DNA of 38,184 bases from a virus. Where the stretch lies: the IMG/VR virus record IMGVR_UViG_3300045988_128817, one strand, 5' to 3'. The position numbers and the translations under genes are program-made. Below the pieces are notes generated by a model. The model was not told the origin of the DNA and made no database searches. It saw nothing but the letters and a program-made list of their open reading frames with translations. Shown piece after piece: positions 31,641-38,184 of this stretch. Positions within the stretch are counted from its first letter, which is position 1, and every line of letters starts with the position of its first letter.

Positions 31641-33162
31641 CTATCAGCCGTATGCGGACTGGCGTAAGGTTGATTTTGGTATGAGCTTTGGCGTCATTGC
31701 GGTCGATGCGGCAACTCTGGCAGAGCCGTCATCCTCTGCGCAGTATCCAACATCTCAAATCGAGCAGACACACGATCACATCGAACTGACGACAGCAAAA
31801 TATACCACGTTGGAGCACAACATGTGGGTACTCGACGGTACGATGCAGCTGTATCCGGATAACTTATCCGGCATACAAACCGGATGGATCTCCGAAGATA
31901 TGAGCGGAGAGGATAGGACTTACGAATCAGGTGTACATCTGACCTTTGAATTCAGCGAGCCGCAAGATAGCTATGGTCTGACTTTTGTTTTTGATCAGCA
32001 GATGCCGGAAGAGATACCGGCCGAAATCAAAGTTACCTTTTATAGTGAAGCCGGCGCAGAGCTCTATACAAAAAGAGATTCGCCATACGGTGCATACCAT
32101 TGGATGGACGCCCCTGTGCAGCAGTATTCAAAGGTGATAATCGATTTTTTGTCTTCCAAAATTCCAAACAGGCGTATTCGGGTCACGGAGGTGATCTTCG
32201 GAATTGTGACGGTATACGACCGTAAAACGATAGTTGACGCCTCGGACAAGCAGAGCATTGATCTGTTGTCAGAAAGCTTACCTTCCGCTACAGTGATGAT
32301 CAAAATTGATAATCAGGACAAACTGTATAATCTAATCAATCCGGAAGGAATCTACGAGTACCTGCAGGACGGTCAGTATATCAATTATTGGATATCTGTC
32401 GGAGGTACGAAGGTGAACATGGGCGTACGATATTTTTACGCCGCAGAGAGTGATGATGGGGGCTTGACTGCCACAATCACATTCAACGACCGCATGATCT
32501 TTTTAGACGACGTTATATTTAACGGCGGCGCATCCGGTACGTGGACTCTTAAGGAGGCGGTGGAAACGATCCTGACCGGCGCGGGCGTAAAAACTGCGCC
32601 GACCTTTGAGGACGGTCTCGACGGCGTTGTGATACGCAAATGCATCCCGCAGGATACCACCTGCCGAGAAGCGCTGAGGCTCTGTGCTCAAGCGGCGATG
32701 TGCGTCTGTTATGTAGATCGTAACGATAGTCCGCACTTTATTCGTCCGCAGATCAAAATGACGCCGGACGATCAACTGACGCGGGATCGCCTATCAGAGG
32801 AGCCGGTGGTGGATATTGGGGATCGATACAACGCAGTTACGATCCGCCGAAGAGATGATTATGTAGATGGATCAGAAGAAGAGACTTATACAAAGTCTGC
32901 GGCGGCAGAGGATGAGATGATTCTGACGAAGGAAATATCAAACCCGTTGGTCAATGATATGGTCGCCTGGTGTGACTGGGCTCTGCCATGGGTACAACGA
33001 CGGACGTCTTTTGACATAGAATATCGCGGTAATCCAGCACTTGAGATGGGGGATACCGTGCAGGTCTATGACGCTTTTGGAGTTAATGGCAGCGCTCTCG
33101 TTGAATCTCACGAACTGACTTTTGACGGCGGGATGGACGGATCGATGAAAGCGAGGCGGTAA
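31621..33162 (+). CDS. Tail tip / baseplate protein (Tal-like by position)
   Basis: 513-aa ORF downstream of the tape measure. Confidence 0.55.
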   Translation: MIPMPGSYQPYADWRKVDFGMSFGVIAVDAATLAEPSSSAQYPTSQIEQTHDHIELTTAKYTTLEHNMWVLDGTMQLYPDNLSGIQTGWISEDMSGEDRTYESGVHLTFEFSEPQDSYGLTFVFDQQMPEEIPAEIKVTFYSEAGAELYTKRDSPYGAYHWMDAPVQQYSKVIIDFLSSKIPNRRIRVTEVIFGIVTVYDRKTIVDASDKQSIDLLSESLPSATVMIKIDNQDKLYNLINPEGIYEYLQDGQYINYWISVGGTKVNMGVRYFYAAESDDGGLTATITFNDRMIFLDDVIFNGGASGTWTLKEAVETILTGAGVKTAPTFEDGLDGVVIRKCIPQDTTCREALRLCAQAAMCVCYVDRNDSPHFIRPQIKMTPDDQLTRDRLSEEPVVDIGDRYNAVTIRRRDDYVDGSEEETYTKSAAAEDEMILTKEISNPLVNDMVAWCDWALPWVQRRTSFDIEYRGNPALEMGDTVQVYDAFGVNGSALVESHELTFDGGMDGSMKARR

Positions 33163-33164
33163 CT

Positions 33165-33338
33165 TTGAGCGATTATGTTATATTTGTGCCTCAGATTGAT
33201 TCTGCCGCAATAACGCCGAATCCGGTAGAAGCAAACGCGTCCTTGAAAATATCAGTAGTTGTTTCAGAAATACAGAAAGTACTTTATCCGGAATGGTACT
33301 ATTCCGGCGAGATCTATTCCGGGGAAAGCGAGGGATAA
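33165..33338 (+). CDS. Small structural-module protein (57 aa, TTG start)
   Basis: Not in the track. GCGAGG lies upstream. It contains ITPNPVEANASLKISVVVSE and YYSGEIYSGE, motifs that recur in the next two ORFs. Confidence 0.4.
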   Translation: MSDYVIFVPQIDSAAITPNPVEANASLKISVVVSEIQKVLYPEWYYSGEIYSGESEG

Positions 33339-34241
33339 ATGGCGATAAAAACAGTTCGAGCTCAAATTAACGGTCAGTGGCACACGCTGACGCTTAATCC
33401 GTCCAATGGGCATTATGAGGCAGAAATCACTGCGCCAAGTGTTACGTCATACAACCAGCCGAATCATTACTACAATGTGACGGTGGAGGCTACCAATGAC
33501 GCAGGTACGACGGTGTCTGCATCCGGTACAACCATACCGGGATTGCAGCTGCAGGTGCGCGAAAGAATTAAGCCGGTTGTTACCATCACATCGCCGTCTA
33601 ACGGCGCCCGGATTACAAATAACAAACAGCCGGTATTATTTACAGCGACAGACGAGACCAATGGGTCCGGAGTGGATCTGTCGAGTCTTGTTGTAAAACT
33701 GGATAATGTTTTGGTGCCGTCAGAGCAGATATCTAACAGCGAAATTACTAACGGGTACAGCTTTACCTATACGCCGGCTGAGGCCCTTTCTGACGGGTCG
33801 CATACGGTAACGGTTGATATATCTGATCACGATGGCAACACTGCAGATCAGAAAACGACAACCTTTATCGTTGACACAGTAGCTCCGACACTTAATGTAA
33901 CCGCTCCGACGGAAGGATACATTACCAATACCGCGGAACTTACTGTTGTTGGTACGACCAACGATGTAACCTCGTCTCCGGTAACCGTAAAGATTACACT
34001 CAATAGTGCGGATCAGGGAGCGGTTACAGTAAACAACGGAGGTGCATTTAGTAAACAGATAACGCTCGCTGAAGGGGCAAATGTTATTGTCATTACGGCG
34101 ACTGACGCGGCGGGCAAATCTACTTCCGTAACGAGAAATGTTACGCTGGATACAAGCCAGCCGGCGATCACTTCCGCTACAATAACACCGAACCCGGTAG
34201 ACGCAGGAAAAACCATGTTGATTAGTGTGGTGATCGAATAA
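33339..34241 (+). CDS. Ig-like-domain tail fibre/decoration protein
   Basis: Repeated beta-sandwich-type segments (VVTITSPSNGARI..., VAPTLNVTAPTEGYI..., ITSATITPNPVDAG...). Confidence 0.6.
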   Translation: MAIKTVRAQINGQWHTLTLNPSNGHYEAEITAPSVTSYNQPNHYYNVTVEATNDAGTTVSASGTTIPGLQLQVRERIKPVVTITSPSNGARITNNKQPVLFTATDETNGSGVDLSSLVVKLDNVLVPSEQISNSEITNGYSFTYTPAEALSDGSHTVTVDISDHDGNTADQKTTTFIVDTVAPTLNVTAPTEGYITNTAELTVVGTTNDVTSSPVTVKITLNSADQGAVTVNNGGAFSKQITLAEGANVIVITATDAAGKSTSVTRNVTLDTSQPAITSATITPNPVDAGKTMLISVVIE

Positions 34242-34913
34242 ATGCGCAGCATCAAGGTAAGACTGCCGACGGAAATATTGCAGGTGACAGGCTCTGTAAA
34301 CGGAATCGAGGTACCGTGGACAAGAAACGGAGACATGTGGACCGCAACATGCTCTCCGTCAGAGGATAAAACCTATCATGTACAATTAAAGGCGATTAAC
34401 AGTCTGGGTGCGGAGTTTGATTATGCCTTTGAGTTATATGACGGGCTGCGTCTGATTACAGACCGCACAAAACAGGATGTGGATCGCGTTAATTTTCTGC
34501 GTAAGAAATGGTTTGCGGGTACGATTACGCCGACAGAGATGACAGAATGGTTTTCCGATTTGAAAGGGGCGTATAATGCATCTGATCTTAACCGGGTCGG
34601 GGCCGCTATGGAATATATCAGCCAACGTTTGGCAGATGCAGGATATGGTCATATGCTAAACCTAAAAACAGATTGGACGGCAGCTGACGATAACCGTACT
34701 GGCGCACTTGATTATTACCTGAAAACAATCCGGCAGTTGCGGTCATGGTTTGTAACATGGCCAACTACGCCAGATACGCCGGCTGATCTGCAGAACCTGA
34801 CATTTGAAGAGGCGAACAATATCGAAAAAATATTGATGGATCTGGATGATCTTATCAATCGAATGGTGCAGGCTTATTACTACAGCGGCGAAATATATGC
34901 GGGGGAGGTATAA
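34242..34913 (+). CDS. Tail-fibre-associated protein
   Basis: 223-aa ORF, in frame with the upstream ORF and separated from it by a single TAA. It ends YYSGEIYAGEV. Confidence 0.5.
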   Translation: MRSIKVRLPTEILQVTGSVNGIEVPWTRNGDMWTATCSPSEDKTYHVQLKAINSLGAEFDYAFELYDGLRLITDRTKQDVDRVNFLRKKWFAGTITPTEMTEWFSDLKGAYNASDLNRVGAAMEYISQRLADAGYGHMLNLKTDWTAADDNRTGALDYYLKTIRQLRSWFVTWPTTPDTPADLQNLTFEEANNIEKILMDLDDLINRMVQAYYYSGEIYAGEV

Positions 34914-34915
34914 AA

Positions 34916-36535
34916 ATGAAAGATAGAGTACCAAAATATCCGGGGCGTGTTTACGTTACCCCGGAAAATGAGGGCACGCCGTATTATGCGACGATTGAGA
35001 GAGCGGATGAGCCTGTTGAGGTTGGCACACCTTTAAATAAGGCAACTTTGCTAAGCGATGAAACGGCGGAGTTATATGAGAAACCTACTGATACGGCGGT
35101 TCCAGACGATATGTTTAAAATTCTTGGCGCCGAGAGGAAAAGAGCTATTTTCGGGGAGAAAAGCGAAATAGAGTCTGGCATTTGGGATACTTATTCTTAT
35201 GTAACCAACAATTATGGTGACGAGCTTTTTAGACAAATAACGTCCGACGGTAAGGGTAGAGTGATTGCTCGTATGGGCGGAGATAGCAGTGATAGAATAT
35301 ACTATTCGGATGATTACTGCGAGACGATGAACCCAGTTAGTACTCCTTGGGACTATTCTTCCGAAGTATTTGGTTATATGGGTTATGTATGCGGGCATTT
35401 TATAATACCTAATAGCCGAACAGAGTCTGATCCTGTAATTTTGATATCGAAAGATGGTATAAATTGGACAGAAAAAACTCTTGATTGGAATCTAAGCGGC
35501 GATGACCGAATAGGCGGAAATAAGAGAGTAATCGGGAATGATGATTGGGGGTTTATATTTGCAGCAGATGAATACTCTGCAGGTTACACTGCTATAAAAA
35601 TTACAAAATCGGGCGGCGACTTAATTTTTTCAAAAAGTAGTTTTGGACCCACTAAAGAGGCATCATACAATGACGGAGTATACGTCGTGTGGCGCACGGA
35701 AGGCTCTGTCCAAATTAGTTACACTACAGGAGATCCTGAAAGTTCTAAGACAAATCTTACTCGACCTCCAAACATGAACTCTGACGATACTGTTGGAGGA
35801 TGTATACATGTAGGTGGCTATATTGTTATGTGTTGGAGTGGCTTTTATACTGGAAAAAAACCCGCTGTTTCAGTATATAACATTTCCGCAGGCTCTTGGA
35901 GCGATCGATTATATACTTCGGATAGTACAGGTGATATCTATCGTATAGGAGCATCTGCTGGAAAAGCTCTAATATTTCTCGATAATGGTACAGATTTTTG
36001 GATTGTAGACCCAAAAACAAATACCGTTGAGATTAAAAGTGTATATTTTAGTTCTGATGTAGTTTTGGTTACTATGTATCCGGAGGACGGTCCAACCGTC
36101 TCCCTCTTCCCGGCAGGACTTAATGCTTCTAATATTTACGGTGTTTATAAGTCAGAGATAACTAAGAGTATCGAATATCGGTTAGTAGACTTATTAGGAA
36201 ATTACGTCGGCAACGGAGTAAAAATAGAGACTGGAGAATATACCGGTACAGGAACGTATGGTGCTTCAAATCCAAACACACTAACTTTTAATTTCGTCCC
36301 GAAGCTACTTATTATAAGACCTTCAGCTGGTAAGTTGGAAGGATCGTCCATATCAGACACAGGCATGATCGCTTTATACGGCAGTACAGCGTTTAATGCA
36401 AAAAGCTCCGACGGAAACAGCAATGCTCTTGCCGAAATAGTGTGGTCATCAACATCGGCATCTTGGTCAGGGAAGAACGCCGATGCGCAGCTGAATGCTA
36501 ACAATACAAAATATTTGTACATAGCGATAGGTTAG
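34916..36535 (+). CDS. Tail fibre / receptor-binding protein
   Basis: The N-terminus MKDRVPKYPGRVYVTPE...RADEPVEVGTPLNKATLLSDETA is typical of Firmicutes-phage fibres. The C-terminal ~460 aa are AT-rich. Confidence 0.65.
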   Translation: MKDRVPKYPGRVYVTPENEGTPYYATIERADEPVEVGTPLNKATLLSDETAELYEKPTDTAVPDDMFKILGAERKRAIFGEKSEIESGIWDTYSYVTNNYGDELFRQITSDGKGRVIARMGGDSSDRIYYSDDYCETMNPVSTPWDYSSEVFGYMGYVCGHFIIPNSRTESDPVILISKDGINWTEKTLDWNLSGDDRIGGNKRVIGNDDWGFIFAADEYSAGYTAIKITKSGGDLIFSKSSFGPTKEASYNDGVYVVWRTEGSVQISYTTGDPESSKTNLTRPPNMNSDDTVGGCIHVGGYIVMCWSGFYTGKKPAVSVYNISAGSWSDRLYTSDSTGDIYRIGASAGKALIFLDNGTDFWIVDPKTNTVEIKSVYFSSDVVLVTMYPEDGPTVSLFPAGLNASNIYGVYKSEITKSIEYRLVDLLGNYVGNGVKIETGEYTGTGTYGASNPNTLTFNFVPKLLIIRPSAGKLEGSSISDTGMIALYGSTAFNAKSSDGNSNALAEIVWSSTSASWSGKNADAQLNANNTKYLYIAIG

Positions 36536-36545
36536 GAGGTGTGCT

Positions 36546-36836
36546 TTGTATATCAGGAAGAATCCCAACAGCAGCGGCGCATATCCTGCTCCGCAGAGCA
36601 ACTATGCAGAAGGTTTGCTTGTTATTTCAGAAGAGTTTTTAGAGGTCTTTTTTCAATATAACGGTTTCGTTTTGATAGAACACGACGGAACCCAGGTGAC
36701 CGGCATCTCTCCAAAAACGGAAGCGTGGGAAAAATGGAAGGCATCTCTTCCTCCAGATCCAGAGCCTGACCCAGATCCGGTGACGTGGGACGCACTCGCA
36801 GAAGCCTACAGAGAGGGGGTCGAGTCTGTTGGATAG
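36546..36836 (+). CDS. Hypothetical protein (TTG start) with a PDPEPDPDP linker
   Basis: TAGGAGGTG RBS. Confidence 0.5.
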   Translation: MYIRKNPNSSGAYPAPQSNYAEGLLVISEEFLEVFFQYNGFVLIEHDGTQVTGISPKTEAWEKWKASLPPDPEPDPDPVTWDALAEAYREGVESVG

Positions 36837-37314
36837 CAAAACAATCGTTTTAAATGCCATGCGCTCTCAGGGCGCCACAGATGCTGCCGCACTGGCGGCG
36901 AAGTCAGTAGATGGCGATGTCGATGGTACGGCTCTGATCGCGGCCGAGGGACAGATCCCGACGTGGAGACAACGGGACTTCACCAACGTATCAGTTGGAA
37001 CACCTTATCGCTATAAAGAACAAGTGTATAAGTTATGGCAACAGCACGACGCGACGAATCAGCCGGACTGGAATCCGGAAGATGCTGTCAGCTTGTGGGA
37101 CATTGTTCATACAAAAGACCCATCTTATGCTAAACCATTCGTTACACCATCCGGTACACGTGGAATGTACATGAAAGATGATTGCTGTGGGTATAAAGGT
37201 AAAATATACCGCAGCAAGGTTGACAATAATGTTTATAGCCCGCAAGATTATCCTCAAAATTGGGAAGAAGTAACAGTGAAAGAGCCGGGCGCACCGGCAG
37301 AAATGGAGGCTTAA
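36829..37314 (+). CDS. Protein with two CBM5/12-like carbohydrate-binding repeats
   Basis: GTPYRYKEQVYKLWQQHDATNQPDWNPEDAVSLW and GYKGKIYRSKVDNNVYSPQDYPQNW resemble the chitin-binding-type motif (Y..G..V.y.G..Y......PG....W). Confidence 0.45.
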   Translation: MDSKTIVLNAMRSQGATDAAALAAKSVDGDVDGTALIAAEGQIPTWRQRDFTNVSVGTPYRYKEQVYKLWQQHDATNQPDWNPEDAVSLWDIVHTKDPSYAKPFVTPSGTRGMYMKDDCCGYKGKIYRSKVDNNVYSPQDYPQNWEEVTVKEPGAPAEMEA

Positions 37315-37315
37315 T

Positions 37316-37546
37316 ATGGAAAGAAACTATAAGGAAATTGCAAAAACAAATACTTTCGTGAAACATGCGAAAGAGGTCCGTGAAATCTGTCTGGTACAGA
37401 ATGTCGATGTTGGCGTGGCTGTTGATATGTACATCACCAATCATCACCTGACAAGATCAAAAGAATTGATGGAACAGAGCAAAGAATTCCGTAAATACTG
37501 TAGAGAAGACACTCTGAAAAGTATCGTGGAGGCACTGGGAAAATAG
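37316..37546 (+). CDS. Hypothetical protein
   Basis: 76-aa ORF tightly packed with its neighbours. Confidence 0.5.
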   Translation: MERNYKEIAKTNTFVKHAKEVREICLVQNVDVGVAVDMYITNHHLTRSKELMEQSKEFRKYCREDTLKSIVEALGK

Positions 37547-37854
37547 TGGACATGCTTACACAGATTGCGTGGTCTGCCCTGCCTGCTCTTTTGAGCGGTA
37601 TTGTGCTTGCGATTTTTGGCAGACAGCAAAATAAACGGGATAAAGCTGCAGACAAAAGGGAAGAAGAACGAAAAAAGAGCGAGGTCGTAAAACTTAACCT
37701 TTTAGCGGCTACCGCGGATCTCTCCTGCGCTACAGCGGTATCACTCAAATATGGCAGAACGAATGGAGAAATTGACGAAGGCTTGAAGCAGTACGACAAA
37801 GCGATTGCGGCCTTTCGCGATTACGAAAGGGAAAAATTAGCGGAGCAGGCATAG
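37546..37854 (+). CDS. N-terminal single-TM protein with a charged coiled tail (lysis-associated by position)
   Basis: [19 protein letters not shown] followed by a K/E-rich segment. Start is GTG 37546 or ATG 37552. Confidence 0.5.
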   Translation: MDMLTQIAWSALPALLSGIVLAIFGRQQNKRDKAADKREEERKKSEVVKLNLLAATADLSCATAVSLKYGRTNGEIDEGLKQYDKAIAAFRDYEREKLAEQA

Positions 37855-37892
37855 ATCGGCCACCTTATTAAAAAAAGTGGTCGATTTTTTTA
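37855..37892 (+). terminator. Rho-independent terminator upstream of the holin
   Basis: atcggccac(37855-37863)/gtggtcgat(37877-37885) with one G-U pair, followed by TTTTTTT 37886-37892. Confidence 0.65.
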
Positions 37893-37951
37893 ATAAGGTT
37901 TCAAATTCCTACATTATATTAAATAGACTATTAAAAGAGGTGAAAACTGAA

Positions 37952-38143
37952 ATGACAAAAAAATGGTGGAAAGCTGCAGGAATAAGAGCAGTAAAGACGA
38001 TCGCTCAAACGGCAATCGCCACAATCGGTGCATCGGTCCTGCTGTCCGAGGTCAATTGGTTAGCAGTGGCATCTGCTTCGGCGTTGGCCGGGATCCTGTC
38101 TCTGCTGACCAGTGTCGCAGGGCTTCCAGAGCTGGAGGAATAA
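37952..38143 (+). CDS. Holin (63 aa)
   Basis: AAGAGGTG precedes ATG 37952. [61 protein letters not shown] has two TM segments and the AGLPE tail seen in Gram-positive phage holins. The longer track ORF would begin inside the terminator. Confidence 0.7.
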   Translation: MTKKWWKAAGIRAVKTIAQTAIATIGASVLLSEVNWLAVASASALAGILSLLTSVAGLPELEE

Positions 38144-38184
38144 TATGGCGGTTGATATAGGTCTATGGTAAAATAAGGACAAGG
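38130..38184. repeat. Terminal direct repeat, copy 2 of 2
   Basis: Exact 55/55 match to positions 1..55. Confidence 0.9.

Noticed and set aside
34239-34241. Stop-codon reassignment (alternative genetic code)
   Set aside because: TAA, TAG and TGA all terminate well-supported genes throughout the window, and the long ORFs are intact under the standard code.
33165-34913. Diversity-generating retroelement (template/variable repeat) as an explanation for the duplicated ITPNPV...YSGEIY motifs
   Set aside because: No reverse transcriptase gene is present anywhere in the genome, and the copies differ at all base types rather than only at adenines.

Overview
The window is a complete, circularly closed temperate tailed-phage genome. 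The last 55 nt repeat the first 55 nt exactly, so the unique length is 38,129 nt. Strong AGGAGG-type ribosome binding sites (RBS), a large serine integrase and a Hol-Tox-like peptide suggest a Firmicutes, probably Clostridia, host; this is inference. Layout from the left: (1) a lysis region that spans the circular junction, with holin at 37952..38143 and amidase endolysin at 1887..2588. An unannotated 28-aa Hol-Tox-like peptide and a self-contained HigB / HigA-ImmA toxin-antitoxin (TA) cassette sit between the two. (2) A minus-strand lysogeny and cargo block: an HTH two-gene cassette, the serine integrase, HicAB (hicA is missing from the ORF track), a lipoprotein, a TerB-like/BRCT protein, a degenerate ImmA-like protein and a CI-like repressor. 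(3) A CI/Cro switch at about 8158..8319, followed by a second HTH switch with a perfect consensus promoter at 10368..10396. (4) An early region with an HUH rolling-circle Rep, SSB, dUTPase, a frameshifted YdbC/PC4-like gene, a (Gly-X)n repeat protein and many small Cys-rich proteins. (5) A RinA/ArpU-like late regulator and an insulated small-peptide/RHH cassette. (6) An HK97-type packaging and head module: HNH, P27 small terminase (TerS), large terminase (TerL), portal, protease, and a major capsid protein with a C-terminal cadherin-like domain. (7) A siphovirus tail module: major tail protein, G/GT chaperone with an A_AAA_AAC -1 slippery site, a 1319-aa tape measure, tip proteins and a compositionally mosaic fibre. 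No rRNA, tRNA, CRISPR array or transposase was seen. Calls rest on motif and architecture recognition by eye, and no database search was possible.
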